In this document: positions 26,973 through 36,446 of the stretch, piece by piece | How positions within the stretch are numbered: the stretch's first letter is position 1 | Layout of the letters: every line of letters begins with the position of its first letter | Assembly: GCA_020632555.1 (NCBI GenBank) | Contig: JACKFI010000002.1 | Coordinates: forward strand, 2,621 to 66,620 | Length of the DNA stretch: 64,000 nt | Source: Candidatus Omnitrophota bacterium | GTDB lineage: Bacteria > Omnitrophota > Gorgyraeia > Zapsychrales > JANLHA01 | Reading direction: 5' to 3' | Program-made: the position numbers and the translations under genes | Notes under the pieces: model-generated | What the model was told of the DNA's origin: nothing | What the model saw: the letters and a program-made list of their open reading frames with translations, nothing else | The model's database searches: none

Positions 26973-27350
26973 TCAGATTGAATCAACAACACTTTTCAAA
27001 ATATCCTCGGCTGTTCCCGCTAAGGTATCTAGCTTTTTATCTCCTAAAAGTCCTATCGCAACCTTTGGTCTAAGCAATGACACCTTCGTTACTCTATCTT
27101 TAGCATAAACAGAAATTTTACAGGGAAGGAGTGCCCCAACTTTAAGATTCGTATCCAGCGCCTCTTTGGCAAACTTTGGATTACAAACGGAAAGGATCTG
27201 ATACTCCCCAAACTCAATGCCTTTGGATTGAAAAATTTCCTTTAGATCATAAACATGCAAGACTCCAAAACTTTTTTCTTTTAAACCGACTTGCAATTTT
27301 TCTGCCGCTTCCTTAACGCTTAACTTTGTTTCAACCGTATAATCTAACAA
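26973..27350 (-). CDS. DUF302-domain protein
   Basis: 125 aa. ...FGVLHVYDLKEIFQSKGIEFGEYQILSVCNPKFAKEAL...LLPCKISVY matches the DUF302 pattern. Confidence 0.6.
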   Translation of the reverse strand: MLDYTVETKLSVKEAAEKLQVGLKEKSFGVLHVYDLKEIFQSKGIEFGEYQILSVCNPKFAKEALDTNLKVGALLPCKISVYAKDRVTKVSLLRPKVAIGLLGDKKLDTLAGTAEDILKSVVDSI

Positions 27351-27365
27351 AACGTTTCCTCCTTT

Positions 27366-29675
27366 TTAATATTTTAGCAAGCGCAATCCATTTGCAATCA
27401 CAATCAACGCGCTCACCTCGTTGAGCAGAAGCCCGGAAACAAGACTGACCAGCCCGAATATCCCCGCCGGAACCAATAAAACGACGATGACGAGTGACGC
27501 AAAGATGTTCTGCTTTATATTGTTAACTGCCCGCTTACTCAGGGATAGTGCGTGAGGCAATTTCAAAAGATCATCGGCCATAAGCGACAAGTCTCCTGTC
27601 TCAATGGCTACATCGGTTCCTGTTGCTCCCATGGATATGCCGACATCAGCCTCGGCCATTGCTGGCGCGTCATTAATGCCGTCCCCAATGAAGCCGACTC
27701 TGCCTGTTGCTTTCAGCTCCTTTACAATTGATGCCTTATCTTCCGGAAGAAGTCCGGCCCGATAATCGTCGATGCCAGCTTCGTGAGCAATAGCCCGGGC
27801 CGTTCCGGGATTATCACCGGTCAACATAATGATCCGCAAACCCAATTCTTTAAGCCTTTTAACTGCTTCTCTCGCTTCCGGGCGCAGTTGATCTGCAACA
27901 GCCAGAACTGCAAGAATCTCTTTATCTGTCCCCAACAAAACCGTTGTCTTACCTTCAGATTGCAAACGATCAACAACGTCACTGGCCTTGCCAAGGTGAA
28001 TATTACTTTCCTCGAATAGTCTCTTTGCTCCAACAAAATAGGTCTGACCATCAATTCGTCCCTGTGCGCCCTTGCCCGGAATAGCCTCGAACGCATCCAT
28101 AGCTGACAGCGAAACTCCTTTTTCTAGCGCCTCTCTCATTATGGCCTCAGCCAAGGGATGCTCCGAGCGAGACTCCAAAGACGCCGCAATTCTTAAAATT
28201 TCTTCCGGATTCTGGTTATTCAAGGGAACGACATCCCGAACCGTTGGCTTTCCTATGGTCAGGGTTCCGGTCTTGTCGAATGCAATAATTTTAAGATGAC
28301 TCGCCGCCTCCAGGCAAGCGCCGCCTTTGATAAGAATGCCGTGCCGGGCGGCATTACCGACCGCCGCTACAACGGCGACGGGGACGGAGAGCGCAATCCC
28401 GCACGAACAAGACACCACCAAGAGCACCAGTCCTCGATAGAACCAGTGATCAAACGGCTGCCCCCATACCAGCGGTGGAAGAACCGCGATCATGATCGCC
28501 AGAACAAAAATTACCGGCGTATAGTATTGTCCAAATTTCTCTCCAAAGCGTTGATAGGTTGACTTTCTGGCCTGCGCTTCTTCAACGGAATGAATAATCT
28601 TCGCCAGTGTTGTGTCCTTGGACAGCTTGGTCACGCGCACTTCCAAAGATCCTCTCTGATTGATCGATCCGGCAAAGACCTCTTTGCCTAAACTTTTCTC
28701 GATGGGAATTGATTCGCCAGTAATGGCCGCCTCATCCACAAAAGACGATCCACCCGACACCTCGCCATCAAGCGGAATCTTTTCTCCCGGCTTAATAACA
28801 ATATTGTCACCGACACGAATTTCCTCAACCGGAACGCCTTCCTCAAAACCGTTTCTTTTGACAACTGCCTCCTTGGGGATCAGCGCCATTAAAGCCCTGA
28901 TTGATCCCCTTGCCTTGTTGGTCGCATATGCTTCAAGAACGTCTCCCAAAGAATAAATGAAAACCAGCATCGCCGCTTCGTCCCAAAATCCCAAAGCAAC
29001 GGCTCCCGCCGCACCGCAGACCATAAGTAAACGGATGTTAACCGTCCAAGTTCTCAGTGCCATGATTCCCATTTTCGCGGGATAATAACCGCCGATAAGA
29101 ATCGACAAGGCGTAAACAAATTTGGCGGTTTGATGAGGGATTCCAGCTCGTTCTAAAATAAAAGCTATCCCGAGAAAAGCACCACAGAGGGCAAGAAAGA
29201 TGATCTGGTTCGTCTTCCACCATGATTCTTTCACCGCCTTTTTCTCGGACAGGCGCGATGCCTTGAGTCCCGTCTGATTAATCGCCTTAATAATGTCCTG
29301 TAGTGAAATGCGGGACGGATCGTAATTCAGAGCAAGGCTTTCCTGCATCAAATTGACTTGAAAACTTTCTATGCCAGAAAGGCTCTTTATTTTCTTCTCA
29401 ATAAGAGAGACCTCGTCCTGACAATCCATTCCTTGAATCAATAAGGAGGTGCTGACACCCTTGGATTCATCAACGACTTGATATCCCATTTTCTTAACTT
29501 CATTAACGACCAAAGCGCGATCAAAAGTTTCATCAGCCACGACCGTCAGGCGCAATGTCTCAAAATAAAAGTCCACGCTCGACACGCCCTTGAGCTTCAA
29601 CACGGCTTTTTTGATGCCCTGAGCGCAGCTGTTGTAATCAACGCCGTTAATATGTAAGTCATAATTTTTCTTCAT
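27366..29675 (-). CDS. Heavy-metal P1B-type ATPase with an atypical CSC TM motif
   Basis: About 769 aa. Motifs: [19 protein letters not shown]. The TM segment reads VVSCSCGIALSVP where CPC is expected. There are two HMA-like N-terminal domains with degenerate metal sites (GVDYNSCAQ; GMDCQDE). Confidence 0.85.
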   Translation of the reverse strand: MKKNYDLHINGVDYNSCAQGIKKAVLKLKGVSSVDFYFETLRLTVVADETFDRALVVNEVKKMGYQVVDESKGVSTSLLIQGMDCQDEVSLIEKKIKSLSGIESFQVNLMQESLALNYDPSRISLQDIIKAINQTGLKASRLSEKKAVKESWWKTNQIIFLALCGAFLGIAFILERAGIPHQTAKFVYALSILIGGYYPAKMGIMALRTWTVNIRLLMVCGAAGAVALGFWDEAAMLVFIYSLGDVLEAYATNKARGSIRALMALIPKEAVVKRNGFEEGVPVEEIRVGDNIVIKPGEKIPLDGEVSGGSSFVDEAAITGESIPIEKSLGKEVFAGSINQRGSLEVRVTKLSKDTTLAKIIHSVEEAQARKSTYQRFGEKFGQYYTPVIFVLAIMIAVLPPLVWGQPFDHWFYRGLVLLVVSCSCGIALSVPVAVVAAVGNAARHGILIKGGACLEAASHLKIIAFDKTGTLTIGKPTVRDVVPLNNQNPEEILRIAASLESRSEHPLAEAIMREALEKGVSLSAMDAFEAIPGKGAQGRIDGQTYFVGAKRLFEESNIHLGKASDVVDRLQSEGKTTVLLGTDKEILAVLAVADQLRPEAREAVKRLKELGLRIIMLTGDNPGTARAIAHEAGIDDYRAGLLPEDKASIVKELKATGRVGFIGDGINDAPAMAEADVGISMGATGTDVAIETGDLSLMADDLLKLPHALSLSKRAVNNIKQNIFASLVIVVLLVPAGIFGLVSLVSGLLLNEVSALIVIANGLRLLKY

Positions 29676-29728
29676 TCTGCACAATCCATGCCTTTAATTT
29701 TAAAGTTTAATTTTTTCATAATTCTTGA

Positions 29729-30067
29729 TTAAATGGCGTGCTCGTTTTCTTCTCCCGTACGGATACTGACAGCTTTTTGAATGTCGGTAATAAATAGTTT
29801 ACCATCTCCTTTACGTCCAGTATGGGCTGACTTTTGAATCGTTTCAATGATTTTTAAACTCTGATCGTCATTGCAGATAATTTCGATTTTCGTTTTAGGG
29901 GTAAAGTCGATGACATAATCAGCTACATGATGTGGATAACTTTCATCTTTTTCTTTACCAAAACCCTTGGCTTCAATCACTGACATTCCATGAATATGAA
30001 TAGCCATCAAAGCGTCTACGACTTTACGCAGCATGAATGGTTGAATATAAGCTTCAATTTTTTTCAT
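29729..30067 (-). CDS. P-II (GlnB-like) signal-transduction protein
   Basis: MKKIEAYIQPFML..V.DAL...I.GMSV.EAKGFGK...IEII...D....I..I...A.TG..GDGK.F......A..IRTGEE aligns along its whole length with GlnB/GlnK. Start at 30067, with AGGAGG upstream. Confidence 0.8.
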   Translation of the reverse strand: MKKIEAYIQPFMLRKVVDALMAIHIHGMSVIEAKGFGKEKDESYPHHVADYVIDFTPKTKIEIICNDDQSLKIIETIQKSAHTGRKGDGKLFITDIQKAVSIRTGEENEHAI

Positions 30068-30077
30068 AGATCCTCCT

Positions 30078-33000
30078 TTAAAATTCGGTTTCTTCTTTTT
30101 CAAACCAACCATACAAAACGGGTAAAACTAAAAGCGTTAATAATGTTGAAGTAATTAAACCGCCGATAACGACGACCGCTAATGGCTTTTGCACCTCTGA
30201 TCCTGGGCCGGTCGCGAATAGAATTGGAACAAGCCCGAGTATAGCTACTGCAGCAGTCATCAGCACCGGTCTTAACCTGCGTTCACACCCGTTTGTAATA
30301 GCTTCATTAAGGGCAATTCCTTCTCGTCTTAATTGGTTGATGTATGAAACAAGAACGACACCATTTAAGACCGCGACACCAAAAAGAGCGATGAATCCGA
30401 CGGATGCCGGTACGCTTAAATACATTCTTGAAATAAATAATGCCACAATCCCACCGATCATAGCAAAAGGCAAATTGATAATAATAAGGGTTGCTTGCTT
30501 GATCGAATTAAAAGTGAGATACAGAAGGAAAAATATTAACGCGATTGTAATGGGAACAATAATCATTAAACGCTTCATGGCTCTTTGTTGATTCTCAAAG
30601 GCGCCACCCCATGTGATGTAATATCCGGCGGGTAACTTTAATTTTTCTTTGAGCTTCGCCTGACTTTCGGCAACAAAGCCGCCAATATCTCTTCCCCGCA
30701 CATTGCATTCAATGACAATGCGTCTTTTACTATCATCGCGGCTGATTTGGACTGGCCCTTCCACTAACTTCACCTCCGCCAATTGTGACATAGGAATTCT
30801 CGATCCGCCGGGAGAAGTGACTAAAACATTACCGATGGTTTCAATGGAGTTGCGTTTATCTTCAGGAAAACGCAGAAGAACATCGAATCTTTTTTCTCCT
30901 TCAAAGACTTGCGTGGCAGCTTTACCGCCAATTGCGGTTTCGATAATATCCTGCACATCGGCTACATTAATTCCAAAACGAGCAATTTGTCGACGATTGA
31001 TATTGACCTCGACATAAGATTGACCGGAAACTTGTTCAACCCGCAGGTCTTCCACCCCTTTGACCTTAGATACAATCTTTGCAATTTCATCAGCCTTATT
31101 CTTCAAGATGTCCATGTCATCTCCAAATAACTTAATAGCAATCTGCGATTTGACGCCGGAGATAAGTTCATCGACCCGCAAGGCAATGGGTTGGCTGATG
31201 TTAAGACCGATGCCAGGAATTTTACTCAATGATTCACGGATCTGCTCGACCAGTTCTTCTTTATTCTTAGTTGTTTTCCATTCTTTGCGCGGCTTAAGAA
31301 CAACAATGGGATCACTTAAATTGGGTCCCATCGGATCAGTCGCGATCTCAGCCGTACCTATTTTGGACACCACTTTTTCAACCTCGGGGAATTTCATTAA
31401 TTCCCTTTGGGCCAATTTTTCAATCTCGATAGATTCTTTAAGGGAAATGCTCGGCAAACGAATGATCTGTGGAGTTAAGGAACCCTCATCAAGTATGGGA
31501 ATAAACTCTGTCCCTAAGAATGGAAATAGTGCTAAGCTTCCCAAAAATAATCCCACAGAAATAACGACGACGGACGCTTTATTTTTCATGGCTTTGGCAA
31601 GCATGGGAAGATAAACTCTTTTTGCCTTGCGGAGAATAAAAACATCTTCGTCCTTGCCACCTTTTAAAAAATAAGAGCTTAAAACTGGCGATACCGTCAG
31701 AGATAGAACAAGCGAAGCAAAAAGCGCAATACTTATTGTATACGCCATCGGGCTAAACATTTTCCCTTCCATACCTTCTAATGTGAACAGCGGCAGGAAA
31801 ACAATGATGATAATAATGATGCCGAAAACAATAGGTTTGGCGACTTCATTAGCCGATTCGAGGATGATTTGGATTTTATTTCTCTCATGGCCACTTTTTT
31901 CTGACAGGTGTCGAAAAATATTTTCCACCATAACAATGGAACCATCCACCATCATCCCAATAGCAATGGCCAAACCTCCCAATGACATAAGGTTTGCTGA
32001 CAGATTCATTTGTTTCATAGCAATAAAAGTGACTAAAGCTGCTATCGGCAAATTGAGCGCAACAATAAGAGCACTTCTGGCATTTCCCAAAAACAAAAAC
32101 AAGATAATAACGACTAGAATGCCACCCTCAGTTAAAGCTTTAGTAACTGTTTCTAAACATTTCTCGACGAGCTCAGAGCGGTCATAGAATGGTTTGATTT
32201 GAATGCCATTCGGAAGAATTTTATTCTCATTAATATCACGGACTTTCTCCTTAACCTTCGCGACAATTTCTTTCCCACTTCCGCCGCGGATCATCATCGC
32301 GATCCCAGCAACACCTTCTCCTTTACCATCAACAACCAAAGCCCCTTGTCGTGTTTCCGGACCAAATTCGACCTTAGCTACGTCACGAACATAAACGGGA
32401 ACGCCTTCATTTGTTTTTAGAACAATCTCTTCGATGTCTTGGACCGATTGAATGATCCCAATGCCACGGACAATGTATTGTTCCGAGATATGCTCCAGAA
32501 CATTTCCGCCCGCATTGCCGTTGTTAGCAGCAATAGCTTCCGAAATCTCTCTAAGGTTTAGGTTGTACTTAACTAATTTCTGCGGATCAACAACGATCTG
32601 ATATTGCTTAACATACCCGCCGAATGAGTTGATATCGGCAATACCCGGAATATTTTTTAAAATAGGACGAACAATCCAATCCTGCACCGTGCGCAATTCC
32701 ATCAGGTTCTCGGCAGTTTCTTTTCTGTCCGGCCGTTCTAATGTGTATTGATAGATCTCACCTAATCCGCTGGAAATAGGCCCCAAACCTGTCTCCACCC
32801 CATCCGGTAGTTTTTCTTTGGCTTCGATCAAACGCTCCAAAACAAGTTGACGGGCAAAATAAATATCTACATTGTCTTCAAAGACAATTGTCACCATTGA
32901 AAGCCCAAATTTTGACAGCGAACGCAGCTCGACAAGGCGCGGAAGGCCTGTCATCTGAACTTCAATAGGATAGGTAACGAATTTCTCGACTTCGATAGGT

Positions 33001-33170
33001 GAGCGGCCGGGAGCTTCGGCAATGACCTGAACTTGAACATTCGTAACATCCGGGAAAGCATCAATTGAGAGTTTCTTTAGAGAATAAAAACCAAAAACAC
33101 CGACAATGATAACACCCACTACAATCAAAAGCCTTTGGCGTAGGGCAAAAGAAATGATGTTCTCAATCAT
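30078..33170 (-). CDS. czcA: Heavy-metal efflux RND pump, CzcA family
   Basis: 1030 aa with 12-TM RND architecture, in a CBA operon behind an SmtB/ArsR regulator. Confidence 0.9.
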   Translation of the reverse strand: MIENIISFALRQRLLIVVGVIIVGVFGFYSLKKLSIDAFPDVTNVQVQVIAEAPGRSPIEVEKFVTYPIEVQMTGLPRLVELRSLSKFGLSMVTIVFEDNVDIYFARQLVLERLIEAKEKLPDGVETGLGPISSGLGEIYQYTLERPDRKETAENLMELRTVQDWIVRPILKNIPGIADINSFGGYVKQYQIVVDPQKLVKYNLNLREISEAIAANNGNAGGNVLEHISEQYIVRGIGIIQSVQDIEEIVLKTNEGVPVYVRDVAKVEFGPETRQGALVVDGKGEGVAGIAMMIRGGSGKEIVAKVKEKVRDINENKILPNGIQIKPFYDRSELVEKCLETVTKALTEGGILVVIILFLFLGNARSALIVALNLPIAALVTFIAMKQMNLSANLMSLGGLAIAIGMMVDGSIVMVENIFRHLSEKSGHERNKIQIILESANEVAKPIVFGIIIIIIVFLPLFTLEGMEGKMFSPMAYTISIALFASLVLSLTVSPVLSSYFLKGGKDEDVFILRKAKRVYLPMLAKAMKNKASVVVISVGLFLGSLALFPFLGTEFIPILDEGSLTPQIIRLPSISLKESIEIEKLAQRELMKFPEVEKVVSKIGTAEIATDPMGPNLSDPIVVLKPRKEWKTTKNKEELVEQIRESLSKIPGIGLNISQPIALRVDELISGVKSQIAIKLFGDDMDILKNKADEIAKIVSKVKGVEDLRVEQVSGQSYVEVNINRRQIARFGINVADVQDIIETAIGGKAATQVFEGEKRFDVLLRFPEDKRNSIETIGNVLVTSPGGSRIPMSQLAEVKLVEGPVQISRDDSKRRIVIECNVRGRDIGGFVAESQAKLKEKLKLPAGYYITWGGAFENQQRAMKRLMIIVPITIALIFFLLYLTFNSIKQATLIIINLPFAMIGGIVALFISRMYLSVPASVGFIALFGVAVLNGVVLVSYINQLRREGIALNEAITNGCERRLRPVLMTAAVAILGLVPILFATGPGSEVQKPLAVVVIGGLITSTLLTLLVLPVLYGWFEKEETEF

Positions 33171-34115
33171 TTATTCTCCCTCCAGTTCATCTTTTAATAA
33201 TCCAGATTTGAGGAGAAATGCTCCGTCGGTTACGACCATATCGCCGGCATTGATTCCTTCACGCACTGCCACTTCCTCAGCCGTTTGCGAGTTGATGACA
33301 ATCTCCTTTTTATGAAATTCACCCTCTCCAGCTTTGACAAATACAACCATTTTATCGCCAAAGGTCTGGACGGCGCTTGTAGGGATGATGAGATGTTCTT
33401 CCGTACCATGTGAAATCACGACACCATTGACAAACATTCCAAGTTTTAATAAATAGTCAGTGTTCTGGATTAAAGCTCGGATTTTAATCGTACGGGTCGT
33501 TTCATCCACGCGCGGCGATATAAAAATAATATTACCTTCAAAGGATTCCTCGGGATAGGCGCTGGAGCGTACAGTAATCTTTTGATCGATTTTGACTTTG
33601 GCGATATCTTTTTCGTAGATATCAAAGTTTGCCCAAACCTTGGATAAATCAGCAATGGCACAAAGTGCAGAAATTTTTTCTACTTTTTGGCCGACAGTAT
33701 CAAAATCTCCGATCACAACACCCGCATAAGGGGATTTAACGTCGATTGGTGTATCCTGATCTTCAACCTTTATACGGCAAATGACATCACCTTTTTTGAC
33801 GACCGCGCCTAATTGGGCGGTGTTTTCTACGACAAAACCGGATTGCGGAGGAAACACATTATGTGTTTCATTGGCATCTTGAGCAATTTGGCCTGATATA
33901 GAGATATTCTCCGTGAGAGGCGCTTTTTTGACTTCCACCGTCTTAAAATCTACCAATTTCTGCGATTCTTTCTCTAACTTAACCACTCCCTCTTCTTCAT
34001 GTTCTTGTGCAGTCTCTTCGTGGGCTGGCGATTTATGTCCACGAATATATGGCGAAATAAAAATGCCTAAAATAAAAGCGATAGCAATAATGAATAAACT
34101 TTTTAAATTCTTCAT
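33171..34115 (-). CDS. czcB: RND periplasmic adaptor, CzcB-like
   Basis: 314 aa with an N-terminal anchor, a His/Glu-rich tract (HKSPAHEETAQEHEEE) and a membrane-fusion-protein core. Confidence 0.85.
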   Translation of the reverse strand: MKNLKSLFIIAIAFILGIFISPYIRGHKSPAHEETAQEHEEEGVVKLEKESQKLVDFKTVEVKKAPLTENISISGQIAQDANETHNVFPPQSGFVVENTAQLGAVVKKGDVICRIKVEDQDTPIDVKSPYAGVVIGDFDTVGQKVEKISALCAIADLSKVWANFDIYEKDIAKVKIDQKITVRSSAYPEESFEGNIIFISPRVDETTRTIKIRALIQNTDYLLKLGMFVNGVVISHGTEEHLIIPTSAVQTFGDKMVVFVKAGEGEFHKKEIVINSQTAEEVAVREGINAGDMVVTDGAFLLKSGLLKDELEGE

Positions 34116-35374
34116 TTTAAAAATTCCTCCTCACGTAAAGAACTATAAATGGCTCGTTCTAGTTCATTGATACTTTGGTCGAGATTAAATATGCCTTCGT
34201 AATACCTCACCTTGGTTTCGCTGGCGGTTTTAACTTGATCACGATAATTAATAAAGTCAATTTCGCCTTCTCGGTACTTTAAATCCGCCAGCCGGATAAG
34301 CTCATTAGCTTCCTCGACGGATTCCTTTAAATATTCCACTTGTTTTTGAGCTGTCTCAGCGTTAAGAAAAGCTTGGTAAACGTCAAACCCAATCTCGTGC
34401 TCAATGGTTTGCAATCTAGCTTCTTGTATTTCTTTTTCGGCCTTGGCTTTTTTTACTTCCCCTTGATTCAAATTCCACAAAGGCATACTCACTGAGACAA
34501 GTGCCGCGTAATCCTTGTCGTATTCAGCATCAGTTTTTTCAAATCCTAAAGAAAAGGACGGAAATCGATTTAATTGCTCTTTTAGCAAATTCTTATTTTT
34601 GGAATCAACTTTCAATTTTTCTATTTTCAAGTCAGGGCGTTGGAAAGCCAAATCCGTTAAATTCTTCAGATCAAACTTCAAGTCCTCGACTTTTAACTCT
34701 TCCTTAATATCAAGCGGATTGTCTAGACGCCGTCCAAGAAGAAGATTCAATCTGCCTTTATCAATTTTTATATCTTTCTCAACGATTAAATAATCATTCT
34801 CAGCTTTAAGCATCTCAATTTTGGCCCGCTGGAGATCATTTTTAAAACCCTGCCCAGATTGAAAACGGATCTGCACATTGCTAAAAAGTTGACGCATTGT
34901 GGCTAGATTAGCTTGAGCTAATTCCAATTCTTTTTTATCGAGGATGATTTTCATGTAGGCCGAACGGACTTGAGAATAAATACTCGACCAGACAGCCTTA
35001 AGCGCTTCTTCCCCGACTTTGACTTCATTTTTTGCAATTTTCGTTTTTAGTGCCCGAACTCCGAGAGGCTCAAAGGGCTGGACAATGGAAATCTTTTCGA
35101 GGTGCCCTTTACGTTTACCTTCCTCGTTCTTTTTAAGACCACCGATCTCAGCTTCAAGTTCGGGATTAAGGAACGTACGGGTCGTTATTAAATCTCCCTG
35201 AGCGGCTTGAATGTTTTTTCTAGTTTCGACCATTTGCGGATTATGATCGTAGGCCGAAGATAACGCTTCTTTTAAACTCAAAGCTACGCTTGTCTCGTCT
35301 GCCCCCACAAGAGGACTGAAAAATTGACCTATGACAATAAATGTAAGAATTAAAATGCGTATGTTCCTGCTCAT
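34112..35374 (-). CDS. czcC: TolC-family outer-membrane factor, CzcC-like
   Basis: 420 aa with a signal peptide and OEP repeats. It overlaps czcB by 4 nt. Confidence 0.85.
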   Translation of the reverse strand: MSRNIRILILTFIVIGQFFSPLVGADETSVALSLKEALSSAYDHNPQMVETRKNIQAAQGDLITTRTFLNPELEAEIGGLKKNEEGKRKGHLEKISIVQPFEPLGVRALKTKIAKNEVKVGEEALKAVWSSIYSQVRSAYMKIILDKKELELAQANLATMRQLFSNVQIRFQSGQGFKNDLQRAKIEMLKAENDYLIVEKDIKIDKGRLNLLLGRRLDNPLDIKEELKVEDLKFDLKNLTDLAFQRPDLKIEKLKVDSKNKNLLKEQLNRFPSFSLGFEKTDAEYDKDYAALVSVSMPLWNLNQGEVKKAKAEKEIQEARLQTIEHEIGFDVYQAFLNAETAQKQVEYLKESVEEANELIRLADLKYREGEIDFINYRDQVKTASETKVRYYEGIFNLDQSINELERAIYSSLREEEFLK

Positions 35375-35422
35375 AAATAGACTCCGAGATTACAGTTTTT
35401 AAAATAAAACAAAACCGGAATT

Positions 35423-35689
35423 TTATGAGAGGACTATTGGGGGACGCTCAGAAGTGCTGAGAGCTGGATTTTGATGAAAACTATTTTTAGAGGCAGGAAG
35501 AAAGATAAATTGTGAGGTAGCAGCGAAACTAAATGTGGTGTTTGGAAGTATCGGTGAGCAACAGGACACGTGACAAACTATCGTGCAATGATTTGTTGCA
35601 TTCAATGAATGGGAATCATCACAAAATCCACTGGCGGGAATAGCGGAAAGAAGAAAAATTGCTATTAAAATTATTTTTAGAATTTTCAT
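35423..35689 (-). CDS. Small secreted Cys-rich protein (88 aa), paralog-like to 26420..26848
   Basis: Signal peptide ending GFCDD, then HCTIVCHVSCCSP; the C-terminus reads ...RPPIVLS. It shares the order C-DD / H-C-T / FLP / PPI-x-L with the 142-aa protein. Confidence 0.5.
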   Translation of the reverse strand: MKILKIILIAIFLLSAIPASGFCDDSHSLNATNHCTIVCHVSCCSPILPNTTFSFAATSQFIFLPASKNSFHQNPALSTSERPPIVLS

Positions 35690-35849
35690 ATGCTAAGAAT
35701 ATTATCACAGAAGAGGGTTGTTGTAAAGTCTTCGTCCCTCAGGGCAAAAACCTGCTTCAGTTATTTCACAATTAATTGGAATAATTTTGGAGACATCACA
35801 CTTAATTACAAATTAATTCTCGTGTTCCCTATAATTACTTTAATTGCAA

Positions 35850-35882
35850 AAGGGATGGGTAATTCTAACTTACCCATCCCTT
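35850..35882 (-). terminator. 13-bp perfect hairpin after the mini-ORF, a possible attenuator or terminator
   Basis: AAGGGATGGGTAA-7 nt-TTACCCATCCCTT, 12 nt past the stop of 35895..35987. On the minus strand it is followed only by TTTGCAATT, a weak U-tract. Confidence 0.45.
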
Positions 35883-35894
35883 CTTAGTAATTTC

Positions 35895-35987
35895 TTAACA
35901 ACCACCCGGACAAGAACAAGCATAGGCTTGCCCAGCAATTAAGGCAACGCCTGCAATTAACAATGCTGCGAATAATAATGTTTTCAT
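35895..35987 (-). CDS. 30-codon mini-ORF encoding a signal-peptide-like segment plus CSCPGGC (below the ORF-track cutoff)
   Basis: Hand translation gives MKTLLFAALLIAGVALIAGQAYACSCPGGC. An SD (AAAGGAGGAAAAC) lies immediately upstream. The ATG is 13 nt after the stop of the SmtB/ArsR gene. Confidence 0.5.
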   Translation of the reverse strand: MKTLLFAALLIAGVALIAGQAYACSCPGGC

Positions 35988-36000
35988 GTTTTCCTCCTTT

Positions 36001-36375
36001 CTAAGTAGTAAATTTCTTGTTTTGAATACCAAGCAAACATTTGCCTTCTTCTCTTATCGACAAACGTTTTTTAAATCTCCCAAGGTCTGCTTGATAAATT
36101 TTTTCTTCAGCTTCCTGAATCACTTTACAAATTGATACACAAAAAGGTGAACAATCCGGACAAGCCGAATAATAAACCCAGCGGCCCTCTTTTCTGGATT
36201 TTATGAGTCCAGCGGCCATAAGAACATCGATATGTTTTGTAAGATTGTACTGCGGGGTTAGGATTGAATCGACGAGCTCACACCCACATGCTTCTTTTCC
36301 AGTCTTCAATAGAAGTCTTAAAATGCGGAGGCGAGTTGGTTCACCTAAGGCTTTAAATATTGCAACATTATCCAT
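36001..36375 (-). CDS. ArsR/SmtB-family metal-sensing repressor
   Basis: 124 aa. FKALGEPTRLRILRLL...ACGCELVD is the winged-HTH with an alpha-3 Cys site. There is an additional C-terminal Cys cluster, CPDCSPFCVSIC. Confidence 0.85.
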   Translation of the reverse strand: MDNVAIFKALGEPTRLRILRLLLKTGKEACGCELVDSILTPQYNLTKHIDVLMAAGLIKSRKEGRWVYYSACPDCSPFCVSICKVIQEAEEKIYQADLGRFKKRLSIREEGKCLLGIQNKKFTT

Positions 36376-36390
36376 AAATTTTCTGCCTTC

Positions 36391-36437
36391 ATACTTGCGT
36401 TATAATGCAAGTATAGCATCTTAAAATCTACTGTCAA
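36391..36437 (-). promoter_or_regulatory. Sigma70-like promoter with a perfect palindromic operator for the SmtB/ArsR operon
   Basis: The minus strand reads TTGACA (36432..36437), a 16-nt spacer, then TATACT (36410..36415). The palindrome ATACTTGC-N8-GCAAGTAT (36391..36414) overlaps the -10 and the predicted TSS. Confidence 0.6.
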
Positions 36438-36446
36438 TAATTCGTT

